64,000 nt of DNA from Candidatus Kapaibacterium sp. (GCA_963664875.1 OY761611.1:768001-832000), one strand, 5' to 3'; positions 1 to 10,614 are shown, numbered from the stretch's first letter. Made by a program: numbers and translations. Notes: a model not told the origin generated them from the letters alone.

Positions 1-30
1 TTTTATTAAGAAAGTCTGTTTTTTTCAATT

Positions 31-56
31 AAATTGCAGCTCAAAGCTGCAATTTT
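31..56. terminator. Hairpin AAATTGCAGC-TCAAA-GCTGCAATTT, probable terminator of the upstream gene
   Basis: Perfect 10-bp inverted repeat followed by a T-rich run. Confidence 0.5.
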
Positions 57-58
57 AT

Positions 59-88
59 TTTGTATTTACAATTTATATATTATCTTTG
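59..88 (+). promoter_or_regulatory. Bacteroidota-type primary sigma promoter (TTTG ... TATCTTTG)
   Basis: TAnnTTTG at 81-88 and TTTG at 59-62, upstream of rlpA. Confidence 0.5.
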
Positions 89-231
89 CCGTCCGATAAT
101 TACTTAGCATGTTCAAATAGCGGTAAATAAATGATAGATAATTACTTATGTTTATTAATTGGTCAATGTTTTTTCGGGTAAAAAAGCAAACTGGCTGACT
201 GTTATGTTTCACATTATGAGGATACCCTCGC

Positions 232-1032
232 ATGGGGATATCAAAAGCAAGTAAGTTAAAAGCCGATTTAGTTTATTTTTCTTTAATTTCGGCACTTCTT
301 GTAACTATACTTATAATCTCAGTACAACTAATAGCCAACGCTGAAGAAAGAGCTCAAATAGACTCTAACTTCAAGGACAGCAGGGATGTCATAAGCAACG
401 AAGACGTTTTGAAGCAGATTGACATCAGTAACGAACTTATTTACGACACGACCGGCATTGCATCGCACTATGCAAAGCGATTTCACAGAAGAAAAACAGC
501 AAATGGCGAAAGATTCAATATGTACAAACTATCTGCCGCCCACAGATATCTGCCATTTGGTACTATACTTAGAGTAACTAACTTAAAATCCGGGAAAAAA
601 GTCTTGGTCAGAGTAAACGATCGCGGACCTTTTTTGAGGAAACGAATTATTGACTTATCGTATGAGTCAGCTAAGCTAATCGATGGATTAGGACTTTCTG
701 AGGTAAAAGTCGAAGGATTTATAGACGAAAAATTTAAGCAGAAAGAAATAAAAGACACAACGCAAGACTATTTCTATGCTTACTCGTACGAACATGACTT
801 ACTTTGTATCCCTGAAGAATTTATTTCTTTGAGCGATACTTTAAACAACTTCAACGACGCAGTTCAAAAATATGAAGAATACAGCAATGCTTCAGGCTTT
901 TATCTGTTTGTACATGCAGGTAAAAAAGTCAAAAAGCAAACTACGGAATCAGATTCTATATACTTCATAGGAACTATTGACAAAGCGAAGTTAGAAAAAT
1001 TCAAGCAGGATATTATTATAGCCGGCTTCTAA
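232..1032 (+). CDS. rlpA: Septal ring lytic transglycosylase RlpA family protein
   Basis: DPBB motifs [46 protein letters not shown]. Confidence 0.9.
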   Translation: MGISKASKLKADLVYFSLISALLVTILIISVQLIANAEERAQIDSNFKDSRDVISNEDVLKQIDISNELIYDTTGIASHYAKRFHRRKTANGERFNMYKLSAAHRYLPFGTILRVTNLKSGKKVLVRVNDRGPFLRKRIIDLSYESAKLIDGLGLSEVKVEGFIDEKFKQKEIKDTTQDYFYAYSYEHDLLCIPEEFISLSDTLNNFNDAVQKYEEYSNASGFYLFVHAGKKVKKQTTESDSIYFIGTIDKAKLEKFKQDIIIAGF

Positions 1033-1063
1033 AAAAAGAGAGACAAATAAGTCTCTCTTTTTT
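1032..1063 (+). terminator. Intrinsic terminator
   Basis: AAAAAAGAGAGAC-AAATAA-GTCTCTCTTTTTT. Confidence 0.75.
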
Positions 1064-1209
1064 ATTATATTTGCTTACGGAAATGTATTTTATTTACATT
1101 AATTCGTTATAAGCTTACAATCTCTCATTCAATTTTTTTTGTTCACTGGCAAAGCTTTATTATCTTAGCATAATTGCAAAATCTATATTAACCATTAGGA
1201 GTTATCAAA

Positions 1210-2718
1210 GTGCGTAAGTATTTGATTTATTTACTCGTTCTTTTTGGTGGTGCTATTCTGACTCAAAGTTTCCAATGTGCCTCCATGAATGTTTCATCTG
1301 CTAAAAACGCTATCAAGCAGAAAAATTATGATAAAGCTATTCAGCTTTTAGACAAAGAACTGGAAGTTAATCCATCCAGCGAGGACGCATTAGACTTACT
1401 TTATCAGGTTTACGATGCTACTAACAACATCGACAAACAGGTAGAGGTTTTAAACAAGCTTGACCAAGTAGCACAGAGCCCAAAATTCAAACAATTAGCT
1501 CCTGCTTACAAAACCAATCTTTGGGTAAAATGCTACCAAAATACTATTAAATATTACAATAAGGCTTCAGAAAGCAAAACATTTTTAGATTCTGCAGTTT
1601 ACTACGCAGACAAAGGTATCAGCTTAAAGCCTCAGAGCACTTTGCTTTATCCTATAAAAGGTACTATACTTGAAACAAAAGGTGATGAAGCTGCTGCAAT
1701 TGAGACTTACAAAGAATATCTTGAAATCATCAATCCTATTATTGATGTAATGAAATCTAAAAAGATTTATTTAGGCGACAACACTGATAAAGTTCAATCA
1801 GTACTCGGCAAACCTAAATCTTCCGTTTCTAGCTTAAGACAAGGCTCGCAAGATACTGCCATCGTTGAAATTTACGACATTGATGGAAAAGAAGCATATC
1901 TTGGATTTTTGAAAAAATTTATGGAATCTTCTAATTCTCTTTATTCTTTCAAATATGACATGCCTGCTAATTGGTCAGACAATGAAAAAGCTAATACTGA
2001 AGAGTTCGACTTATCGCCTCTTACTCGCTTAGCTTTTATGTACTACAATAAAGAAAATTATGATTTGGCTTTGGAATATGCTCAATTGTTCCAGTCTGTC
2101 CAACCAAATAACTCTGATATCAACAGATTTATCATCGGCACATACCAAAAAGCCGGCAAAACTGACGAAGCTTTAGAAAAAATGAAACAACTTCTCCAAG
2201 ATTCGCCTCAAGACTACCAAACAAGAACTACTTATGCTGACTTGTTGGCTGCTGATGGCAAATATGATGAAGCTATTTATCAATACAAACAGGCTTTAGC
2301 TGTTAAATCTGACTTTGACTTTGCTCTTCACAACTTAGGCTCAGCTTATAAAAACTTAGCAGCTGAATTGCAGAAAAAAGAAAATGATAAATTTGATAAA
2401 GACCCAAGCTACACAAGAGATTATACTCAGGTTAAAGAGGTGCTCGGACAATCTGCAGAAGCATTTGAAGCTGCTTTGAAAACAGAACGTTTTGCAAACA
2501 ATATCGATGTACTTTTCGAACTTGTCAATATTTTTGATATTCAAGACAACAAAGATAAGTTGAAAACTTACCTTACTAAAATAGAATCTTTAGAAAAAAC
2601 TATCGACGATGAAGCTGCTCGTTACAACTACTATTTGTCTTTGGTAAAAGTTTATAGTGGCTTGAAAGATGCTGCAAAATTAGAAGAAGTACAGAAAAAA
2701 CTTGAAGCAATGGAATAG
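1210..2718 (+). CDS. Exported tetratricopeptide repeat protein (possible lipoprotein)
   Basis: Signal peptide with Cys; multiple TPR-like helical repeats (YADLLAADGKYDEAIYQYKQAL, ALHNLGSAY). Confidence 0.8.
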   Translation: MRKYLIYLLVLFGGAILTQSFQCASMNVSSAKNAIKQKNYDKAIQLLDKELEVNPSSEDALDLLYQVYDATNNIDKQVEVLNKLDQVAQSPKFKQLAPAYKTNLWVKCYQNTIKYYNKASESKTFLDSAVYYADKGISLKPQSTLLYPIKGTILETKGDEAAAIETYKEYLEIINPIIDVMKSKKIYLGDNTDKVQSVLGKPKSSVSSLRQGSQDTAIVEIYDIDGKEAYLGFLKKFMESSNSLYSFKYDMPANWSDNEKANTEEFDLSPLTRLAFMYYNKENYDLALEYAQLFQSVQPNNSDINRFIIGTYQKAGKTDEALEKMKQLLQDSPQDYQTRTTYADLLAADGKYDEAIYQYKQALAVKSDFDFALHNLGSAYKNLAAELQKKENDKFDKDPSYTRDYTQVKEVLGQSAEAFEAALKTERFANNIDVLFELVNIFDIQDNKDKLKTYLTKIESLEKTIDDEAARYNYYLSLVKVYSGLKDAAKLEEVQKKLEAME

Positions 2719-2779
2719 TTTTTTCTTATCAAACTCAAAAAACACACTATGTTACACATTTAAAAAAAAGAGAAAGAAA

Positions 2780-3112
2780 ATGGCAGACAAAAAGAACAAC
2801 GAGGAAATGAAAGGTCAACAAATCAATATCGAATTAAGCGGACCGGAAGCTCAGGGAATTTACTCTAACTTAGCTATCATTTCACATTCTAACGCAGAAT
2901 TTGTTATAGATTTCACTCGCATTTTGCCGGGTGTACCAACTGCTAAAGTACATTCTAGAATCATCATGACTCCTCAGCATGCTAAAATGATGCTTAAAGC
3001 TTTAGGTGAAAATATCGCTAAATACGAATCAGCTCATGGCGAAATTAAAGCTGATATGCCAAGACCTGAAGAAATGCCTGAATTTGCAGGTAAAACTTCA
3101 AAAGTAAATTAG
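2780..3112 (+). CDS. DUF3467 domain protein
   Basis: QINIEL..EAQGIYSNLAIISHSNAEFVIDF..PGVP.AKV.SRIIMTPQHAK; ATG at 2780 preferred over 2702. Confidence 0.85.
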   Translation: MADKKNNEEMKGQQINIELSGPEAQGIYSNLAIISHSNAEFVIDFTRILPGVPTAKVHSRIIMTPQHAKMMLKALGENIAKYESAHGEIKADMPRPEEMPEFAGKTSKVN

Positions 3113-3141
3113 TTTGAAAATTTATTAAATTTTCTTACGTT

Positions 3142-3169
3142 AGAAGGGGCAGGTATTGCCCCTTTTTTT
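3142..3169 (+). terminator. Intrinsic terminator
   Basis: AAGGGGCA-GGTAT-TGCCCCTT followed by a T run. Confidence 0.7.
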
Positions 3170-3186
3170 ATTACTACGAGATATTT

Positions 3187-4905
3187 ATGTTTGCTGGAAA
3201 TTATGTTTTGATATTACATACCCATCTTCCTTGGGTACTCAATCACGGCACATGGCCACATGGCGAAGATTGGCTGACAGAAGCTGTAGCTGAGTGCTAC
3301 ATACCTCTGCTTAATGTCTTTAACGAATTGGTAGAAAAACAAATTCTTCCAAAAGTTACTCTCGACATCTCCCCTGTTCTTTGCGAGCAACTCGAGCATC
3401 CTGATTTCAAAAATAAATTTATCAACTACTGTGACGAAAAAATCGCTGCAGCTAAAAAGGATAATCAGGATTTCAAGGCTTGGGGTTACGATCCGCATCA
3501 TATTTATCTGACTGATTTTTGGAAAAACTGGTACTCTGACAGAAAGCAAGACTTTATTGATAAATACGATCATTCAATTGTGAAATCTCTCAAAGCCCTT
3601 CAAGATTCAGGAGCAATAGAAATCATGACTTGTGGTGCAACGCACGGATATTTCCCCTTGCTTGCTACAGATGAAAGTATCAATCTACAGGTTAAACTTG
3701 CTGTCGAAAATTATAAAAAACATTTTGGTCGCGAACCAAAAGGTATTTGGCTACCCGAATGTGCATATAGGCCAAGCTACGAATGGCATTCTTTTATACC
3801 TGTTTCGCCTTTTAATCAGTCCCACCTTAGACAGGGTGTGGAAAATATTATAGCTCGCTATGGAATCAAGTATTTCGTAACAGACCAAAAGCTGTTAGAA
3901 AACTCTTACCCTCTCGGCAAATATGTAGATGAAAGCAATGAGACATATATGTCTATCGACGACCCCGGATTTAAGCACACACCTTGGAGCTTTGATCGCT
4001 CTCCGTTGCGTCTTTATCAGGTCAGCTCGTCAGATGAAGTGCAATATGGAACTGCTGCAGTATTTACTCGTCATAGAGATATTTCTATGCAGGTATGGAG
4101 CGGAGAAGTCGGTTACCCAGGACAACCTGATTATCTTGATTTTCACAAAAAACATCTCGGCTCGATGCTTCGCTACTGGAGAGTTACAGATAATAAAGCA
4201 GACATGATGTACAAACAGCTTTACCACCCCGACTGGACAAATGAAAAAGTTGATTTGCAGGCAAATCATTTTATACATCATATTGAAAATACTTTGAACT
4301 ACAACAAGAACAAAACAGGTATCGAAGCAGCAGTATGTACTCCTTTTGACACCGAACTTTTTGGTCATTGGTGGTTCGAAGGTCCTCAGTTCCTGAAACA
4401 CGTAATTGAGGGTATGGCGAAATCTCCTTTTGTTCAAACAGCAACTGCACACGAGTATTACATAAAGGAAAATGCAAAAGATGTAATTCATTTGCCTGAA
4501 GGTTCTTGGGGTGAAAATAATACCCATGAAGTTTGGATAAATGAACAAACCAAATGGACTTGGGAACAAATATACAACTGCGAACTAAGATTTTCCAAAA
4601 TCATGGAAAAAGCTGATTTGGAAAATATCAATCAATTAGAACACAGAATATTAAAACAGGCATTGAGAGAATTACTGCTAATGCAGGCAAGTGACTGGCA
4701 GTTCCTAATACATACTAAGGGCGCTACAGACTATGCTGAGCAACGCTTCTTTTATCATAATACTGATTTCAATAAGCTTTGTGATTTGTACGAGCTTTTT
4801 GTCAAATCCAAATCACTGTCTCAGACTGAACTTTCATACTTGCTAAATGTAGAAAAGAGAAATTCTTTATTCGAAGAGCTTAATCTAAAATGGTGGGCTA
4901 AGTAA
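3187..4905 (+). CDS. GH57 1,4-alpha-glucan branching enzyme (DUF1957)
   Basis: LHTHLPWV, ATHGYFPL, GIWLPECAY, PFDTELFGHWWFEGP, RELLLMQASDWQF. Confidence 0.9.
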   Translation: MFAGNYVLILHTHLPWVLNHGTWPHGEDWLTEAVAECYIPLLNVFNELVEKQILPKVTLDISPVLCEQLEHPDFKNKFINYCDEKIAAAKKDNQDFKAWGYDPHHIYLTDFWKNWYSDRKQDFIDKYDHSIVKSLKALQDSGAIEIMTCGATHGYFPLLATDESINLQVKLAVENYKKHFGREPKGIWLPECAYRPSYEWHSFIPVSPFNQSHLRQGVENIIARYGIKYFVTDQKLLENSYPLGKYVDESNETYMSIDDPGFKHTPWSFDRSPLRLYQVSSSDEVQYGTAAVFTRHRDISMQVWSGEVGYPGQPDYLDFHKKHLGSMLRYWRVTDNKADMMYKQLYHPDWTNEKVDLQANHFIHHIENTLNYNKNKTGIEAAVCTPFDTELFGHWWFEGPQFLKHVIEGMAKSPFVQTATAHEYYIKENAKDVIHLPEGSWGENNTHEVWINEQTKWTWEQIYNCELRFSKIMEKADLENINQLEHRILKQALRELLLMQASDWQFLIHTKGATDYAEQRFFYHNTDFNKLCDLYELFVKSKSLSQTELSYLLNVEKRNSLFEELNLKWWAK

Positions 4906-4951
4906 TAATTTTACTAAATTTGCCTTTCTTAATTTTCAAGTTTGGAAAAGA

Positions 4952-6367
4952 ATGCTTTCTTCACGAAAAATTTTAAAAAACATGCTCTCCTTGTCGGTTG
5001 CTGAAGCAGCCAGCAAGGGGATAATGTTTATTACAACTGCCTACCTTGCCCGCACCTTACTCGACAATCATTTTGGTATAATAGGATTTGCTAATAGCGT
5101 AATTGTCTATTTCTGGATGATAGTCAATCTTGGCTTCAATACTTTAGGCACACGGGAAATTGCAAGTACAGATAGCAACAGCGAACGAAAACGATTAGTT
5201 AACGGCATTTTGACAATAAGATTATTACTTTCAGTTCTCGCTGGGATTGGCATTTTTATATTCCCGTTCTTTCTGGATAAACCAATAATTTATTCTTATG
5301 CAATTTGGGCAACCGGACTCACACTTTTCTCTCAGGCAACAATGCTTGACTGGTACTATCAGGGCATTGAAAAAATGGAAGTGCTCGCAATCAGACAATT
5401 AGTAACGGGTGTTGTGAATCTGATTGGCGTTATGGTATTAGTCCATAAACCTGAGGATGTTATAGTTGCTCTACTGATAAATAGTGCTGCGGCTATTATA
5501 AATGCGATCTGGATGATAATGTATTACTTTAAAACAGTTGAAAAAATCAAATTCTCGTTTGATGTTCCACTGTGGAAGAAACTTATTAAACCTGCAATTC
5601 CTATAACATTTTCCAATTTTTTTGTTACTTTGCTCAATACTTTTAACATTCTGATACTTGGTATCTATTTCACAGATGCTTCCCTTGCAGGACAGTATAA
5701 TGCAGCTTTCAAAATTATGGTATTTGCTATTTTGCCCACAGCTATTATTCAGGGAGCATTCTTCCCTGTCCTTTCGAAAACTTACGGCACTGATGATTTT
5801 TTGAAAGTTGCGAAGAAGTATTCAGTGCTCATATTCTTAGCAGGAGCAATTATCTCAGCAGGTTTCTACACTTTCTCAGAGTTTATTATTATTACCGCTT
5901 TTTCTGCTGAATATAAGATGGCAATAGATATTATGAAAATTCTGATGTTAACTTCTTTTATTGTCTATCTGAATACTTCGCTTTCACCGCAGCTAATCGC
6001 AATTAAAAAAGAGAAATCGATGATGTATGCAATGGGAATTGGTGCTGTGATTAGTGTGGTTTTGAATATTGTTCTTATTCCTCGATATGGTGCAATAGGT
6101 GCAGCATGGGTAACTGTATTATCTGAATTTTCTCTACTTATAGGTTTGGCAATTGCATATTTTGCAGCTATCAAAAAACTATTTATCTTTGATATAATCA
6201 AGGCATCGGCACTTGCGGCTTTATCCTGTTATATTGGTTATCACGTTGCTGACTTTGGAATACATGAAATAATCGCAGGTCTTATCAGTTTCTTCATCTT
6301 TATAGCTTTAAACCTAATAACTAAAACATTTTCTATAGCAGAAGTAAAAGGATATTTTGTAAAATGA
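4952..6367 (+). CDS. Wzx-type polysaccharide flippase (PST/MOP family)
   Basis: About 12-14 hydrophobic segments; YLARTL...FG, LNIVLIPRYGAIGAAW. Confidence 0.85.
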   Translation: MLSSRKILKNMLSLSVAEAASKGIMFITTAYLARTLLDNHFGIIGFANSVIVYFWMIVNLGFNTLGTREIASTDSNSERKRLVNGILTIRLLLSVLAGIGIFIFPFFLDKPIIYSYAIWATGLTLFSQATMLDWYYQGIEKMEVLAIRQLVTGVVNLIGVMVLVHKPEDVIVALLINSAAAIINAIWMIMYYFKTVEKIKFSFDVPLWKKLIKPAIPITFSNFFVTLLNTFNILILGIYFTDASLAGQYNAAFKIMVFAILPTAIIQGAFFPVLSKTYGTDDFLKVAKKYSVLIFLAGAIISAGFYTFSEFIIITAFSAEYKMAIDIMKILMLTSFIVYLNTSLSPQLIAIKKEKSMMYAMGIGAVISVVLNIVLIPRYGAIGAAWVTVLSEFSLLIGLAIAYFAAIKKLFIFDIIKASALAALSCYIGYHVADFGIHEIIAGLISFFIFIALNLITKTFSIAEVKGYFVK

Positions 6368-7482
6368 AATTTGATTATCTTATTGTTGGAGCCGGCTTTG
6401 CAGGTAGTGTACTTGCCGAAAGAATAGCAACTCAGCTCAATAAAAAAGTACTTATCGTCGATAAGAGATTTCATATTGGTGGCAATTGTTACGACTATAC
6501 TGATGACAATGGGATATTAGTTCATCAATATGGTCCGCATATTTTCCATACACAAGCCAAGAAGGTTTGGGATTACCTATCTCAGTTTACAGAATGGCAT
6601 CCTTACTTCCATAGAGTTTTAGCCGATGTTGAAGGTATCAAAGTACCTGTTCCCTTCAATTTTAACTCCCTTTATAAGGTTTTCCCTGAAGGCTATGCTT
6701 CCAAATTAGAAGCTTTACTTTTGGAGAAATATGGTTTTGGTCTAAAAGTACCAATATTGAAGCTAATGGAAAATGATAATAAAGATTTGAAATTTTTAGC
6801 AGATTATATTTACAAGCACGTTTTTGTCGGATACACAATGAAACAATGGGGGCTTAAACCCGAAGAGATTGATTTTAGTGTTACGGCAAGAGTCCCTGTC
6901 TATACAAGCAGAGATGACAGATATTTTCAGGATACTTACCAAGGCATACCACAAAAAGGATATACTAAAATTTTTGAAAAGCTGCTTAGTCATCCTAATA
7001 TCCATGTTTTACTCAAAACAGATTACAAAGATATTATAGAAGATATCAAATTTGATAAAATGATATATACAGGTGCCCTGGATACATTCTTTGACAAAAT
7101 TCACGGTGAGCTGCCATATCGATCTCTAATTTTTGATTTTAAGTCTTACAACCAGACGAAGTTTCAAGAAGTTGCTCAGGTAAATTATCCTAATTCACAT
7201 GACTATACACGAATTACTGAATTTAGGCATTTCCTGCCTTCTGAGAGCAATAAAACAACAATAGCTAAAGAGTATCCTACCAATTACAAAGAAGGCTTAA
7301 ATGACCCGTATTACCCAATTCCGAATGACGAGAATCATAAGCGCTACGAATTGTATAAAAAAGAAGCTGAGAAGTTGAATAATGTATTTTTTGTTGGCAG
7401 ATTAGCCGAATATAAATATTACAATATGGATCAAATTGTTGGCGTGGCACTAATGGAATTTGAAAAAAATATTTCGAAATAA
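6364..7482 (+). CDS. glf: UDP-galactopyranose mutase
   Basis: IVGAGFAG, HIGGNCYD, HQYGPHIFHT, DDRYFQD, YTRITEF, GRLAEYKYYNMD; ATGA-type overlap with the flippase stop. Confidence 0.95.
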   Translation: MKFDYLIVGAGFAGSVLAERIATQLNKKVLIVDKRFHIGGNCYDYTDDNGILVHQYGPHIFHTQAKKVWDYLSQFTEWHPYFHRVLADVEGIKVPVPFNFNSLYKVFPEGYASKLEALLLEKYGFGLKVPILKLMENDNKDLKFLADYIYKHVFVGYTMKQWGLKPEEIDFSVTARVPVYTSRDDRYFQDTYQGIPQKGYTKIFEKLLSHPNIHVLLKTDYKDIIEDIKFDKMIYTGALDTFFDKIHGELPYRSLIFDFKSYNQTKFQEVAQVNYPNSHDYTRITEFRHFLPSESNKTTIAKEYPTNYKEGLNDPYYPIPNDENHKRYELYKKEAEKLNNVFFVGRLAEYKYYNMDQIVGVALMEFEKNISK

Positions 7483-7515
7483 AAAAGGGGACATTCAAGT
7501 CCCCTAAATTTTTTC
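7481..7515. terminator. Bidirectional terminator between glf and the convergent gene
   Basis: GGGGAC-ATTCAA-GTCCCC flanked by A and T runs. Confidence 0.65.
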
Positions 7516-7896
7516 TTATTTGCAGCTGAGAATTTGTTCTTCTGTGCTTCCGTTTACTTCTGAGACACAGACATATTCCCCTGACTTTACTTTGTGACCA
7601 TAATTGTCATCCATATCCCAAATCAAACTTAAATCGCCTGATTTTGCACTTCCGTCAAAGAGAATTTTTATTACTTCGCCGTCTTTACTTTTGATTGATA
7701 CTCTCACTTCAGAGTCATTTTTCAAAACTTGTGAGATTTTGAAGTAATGCGAAGAATCTGTCATTTCTTTTTCGCTTAGCGGCATACTTGGCATGTTAAG
7801 CATTTTCTTAACAGAAAACTCGAAAGATACTCTTTCAGCTGCTTCCAAATGAAGCATAGACAATAGTAAAACAAAGACTATATTTATGTATTTCAT
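7516..7896 (-). CDS. Small exported FlgD Ig-like / T9SS-CTD-like protein
   Basis: Signal peptide; VRVSIKSKDGEVIKIL...SLIWDMDDNYGHKVKSGEY. Confidence 0.65.
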   Translation of the reverse strand: MKYINIVFVLLLSMLHLEAAERVSFEFSVKKMLNMPSMPLSEKEMTDSSHYFKISQVLKNDSEVRVSIKSKDGEVIKILFDGSAKSGDLSLIWDMDDNYGHKVKSGEYVCVSEVNGSTEEQILSCK

Positions 7897-7971
7897 CTTA
7901 CAACCTCATAACTAATCCAATATGCAAAGCTATGAAGTTATTTATTCATATAAATCGGTATAACTACTGAA

Positions 7972-8391
7972 TTATTGGGGTTTATACTTTTTCAGTATAA
8001 GTACGTTTTTGCCATCTACGTAATTGTAGGTAACATCATCCATTAGTTGTTTGACTAAAAATATACCTAATCCCCCTAATTCTCTTTCTTCTGCAGGGAT
8101 ATTCAAATTCGGTACAGGAGCTTCTATCGGATTAAATTGAGTTGCACAGTCTTGAATTGTAATGTAAGTAGCTTCCTCTTCAAATTCAAACTTGATAGAA
8201 ATACTGTGGTCGTTACAATTGTTGTAACCATGATTGACAATATTTGTAAACAGCTCTTCTAATACAAGATTTATATTGAAAAACTGCTCCCTGAAGATCA
8301 ATTCTTCATCGAGCATATTTTCAATTTCCTTATTGAGCCTTCCTATCTCTTTGATGTCACTCTGAAGCTCTATATTTCTGACAATAGCCAT
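7972..8391 (-). CDS. RsbW-like anti-sigma / Ser-Thr kinase (HATPase_c)
   Basis: LVLEELFTNIVNHGY, GGLGIFLVKQLMDDVTY. Confidence 0.88.
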   Translation of the reverse strand: MAIVRNIELQSDIKEIGRLNKEIENMLDEELIFREQFFNINLVLEELFTNIVNHGYNNCNDHSISIKFEFEEEATYITIQDCATQFNPIEAPVPNLNIPAEERELGGLGIFLVKQLMDDVTYNYVDGKNVLILKKYKPQ

Positions 8392-8454
8392 AAATAACAG
8401 TTGTATCCGAATAGATTAAAATATATATATAATTTCTGTTAGTCAAATTTTCTG

Positions 8455-8518
8455 GTTTCGTAAAATGTTGCGTTTCTGCAACTTAGCATCACCCGAGAAT
8501 CAGGCAGCTTTACTAAAC
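8455..8518 (-). ncRNA. Candidate structured RNA (three-way junction) in the 5' leader of the RsbW-like gene
   Basis: Three nested helices; G-U pairs favour the minus strand; no family recognised. Confidence 0.35.
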
Positions 8519-8791
8519 ACTTATTAGCTACGAATCTAGAATATCTCTTTGCAAAAAACAAGCCTAAAATAGCTTTTACAAGATAAAACATTTAAACAAA
8601 TTTAGAATACTTTTTTTAAATAGTCCAAACTTTTTACTGTAACTACTTAGCGATTTGTGTAGATTTCTTTACTCAGTCAATATTTATTACTCGAATTGAA
8701 CAATGTTATATTTATTGTTATTTAACACATAACTTATCTACTCTTTACCTCCGGAGATTAAATTGTATTATACACTTTTAATGGAGGACTT

Positions 8792-10537
8792 ATGCAGATC
8801 AACATCAACCAAATATTAGAGAAATTTGCTGCTGAAGCAATATCAAAGCATCCTTTTTTGAAATCAAAAGCGATAATAAAATCTCTAAATTCCATTTTAA
8901 AGCTGGACAAAGTAAACTCTTTCCTTGCTGAAAACAGTGACAAACAAGACTTCGATTTTATAGATTCCGTACTTCATCATTTGAACTTTAGCTACTACAT
9001 GTCCAACAGACACAGAGCTAATGTGCCGTCCGAAGGTCGTCTGATAATTGTCGCCAATCATCCTCTTGGAGGTTTAGACGGTTTAGCCTTGCTTAGGGCA
9101 ATATCCGAAGTTAGAAAAGATGTTAAAATAGTAGCCAATCAAGTACTCTCAGAAATACCTAATTTGGCAAACCTACTGCTTCCATATAATGTATTTTCAG
9201 TCCAAAGCCAGAAGAAAAATATATTGCGTATAGAAGAAGCTCTGAACAACGAAGAAGCAGTCATTTTCTTCCCGGCAGGCGAAGTATCAAGATTGCAGAC
9301 TAACGGCATCAGAGATAAGCAATGGATGAAAGGAGCCGTTTCTTTTGCATCTAAGACTAAATCGCCTGTTCTTCCTGTATTTATTGAAGGAAGAAACTCG
9401 GCAGGGTTTTATACAAGTTCTCTTATTTATAAACATTTCTCTACTTTCCTTCTACCGGGAGAGCTTTTTAGAAGCAAGGACAAAAACATCACTCTTAAAA
9501 TCGGAAATATTATTCCGGCTGAAACTTTTTCACATAGTGCACTTAGCGAGAAAATACAGTCAAAACTGCTTCGCAAACACGTTTATCGTCTCTCAAAAAA
9601 CAAGCAAGATATTTTCAAAACAGAAAGCACTATCATACATCCTGTTTCAAGTAAAATTTTGAAGAAAGAATTAGCTAATTCCAAACTATTAGGACAGAGT
9701 GCCGGAGACAAGTTTATTTATGCTGTTGACTATGCTAATGCAAAAAATGTTGTAAAAGAAATTGCAAGACTTCGCGAGATAACTTTTAGAAAGGTTGGAG
9801 AAGGAACCGGAAAGTCAATGGATTTTGATATTTATGATAAATACTACAAACATATTGTAGTCTGGGACGATAAAGAATTAGAGATAGTTGGCTCGTACAG
9901 ACTCGGCATCAGTAGTGAAATCTTGAAAGAGTATGGCAAAGAAGGGCTGTATAATTCAGGTCAGTTTGACATTAGTGATGATTTTAGACCGATACTTGAA
10001 CACTCAATCGAACTCGGCAGAAGTTTTATTCAGGAAAAATACTGGAAAACTCGAGCCTTAGATTATCTATGGCAGGGAATTGCAGCGTTGTTTCAGGAAT
10101 ATCCTGATGTCAAGTACCTCTTTGGAGCAGTAAGCATTAGCGACTCATACTCTGATTTAGCTAAAGAGATGATGGTATTTTATTATAAAAAATGGTATTC
10201 CGGGTTTGACAAAATGGCTCGACCGATTGATAGATATACCATCCCGTCTAAAAAGCTCGAAGAATTAAGCAAAATTTTTACGGGTAGAGACCATATAGAA
10301 GATTTCAATATTCTTAAACAAAGTCTCAAAAATATGGGTTATTCTATACCGGTGCTTTACCGCAAATATACCGAGATATGTGATTTCGGAGGAGTAAAGT
10401 TTATAGACTTCTCTGTTGATAAAGATTTTAATAACTCTGTTGACGGACTTATTGTTTTAGATTTAAGTAAACTACGTCTCCTCATAAGAGACAGATATTA
10501 CAAGAACCAAAAAGTTGAAGAAAAAGTGATCGCTTAA
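8792..10537 (+). CDS. PlsC acyltransferase + GNAT fusion (OlsF-like aminolipid synthase / 'putative hemolysin')
   Basis: NHPLGGLDG (HX4D-type) and FFPAGEVS in the N-half; EIARLREITFR, IVGSYRLG, IELGRSF in the C-half. Confidence 0.8.
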   Translation: MQININQILEKFAAEAISKHPFLKSKAIIKSLNSILKLDKVNSFLAENSDKQDFDFIDSVLHHLNFSYYMSNRHRANVPSEGRLIIVANHPLGGLDGLALLRAISEVRKDVKIVANQVLSEIPNLANLLLPYNVFSVQSQKKNILRIEEALNNEEAVIFFPAGEVSRLQTNGIRDKQWMKGAVSFASKTKSPVLPVFIEGRNSAGFYTSSLIYKHFSTFLLPGELFRSKDKNITLKIGNIIPAETFSHSALSEKIQSKLLRKHVYRLSKNKQDIFKTESTIIHPVSSKILKKELANSKLLGQSAGDKFIYAVDYANAKNVVKEIARLREITFRKVGEGTGKSMDFDIYDKYYKHIVVWDDKELEIVGSYRLGISSEILKEYGKEGLYNSGQFDISDDFRPILEHSIELGRSFIQEKYWKTRALDYLWQGIAALFQEYPDVKYLFGAVSISDSYSDLAKEMMVFYYKKWYSGFDKMARPIDRYTIPSKKLEELSKIFTGRDHIEDFNILKQSLKNMGYSIPVLYRKYTEICDFGGVKFIDFSVDKDFNNSVDGLIVLDLSKLRLLIRDRYYKNQKVEEKVIA

Positions 10538-10575
10538 AAATAATGTAAGTTACATTAGTTATAGTCATTTACGTA

Positions 10576-10614
10576 AAAACCTACCCAATCGATAGAGATA
10601 AGGTAGGTTTTTTT
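10576..10614. terminator. Bidirectional terminator
   Basis: AAAAACCTACC...GGTAGGTTTTT between convergent genes. Confidence 0.65.
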
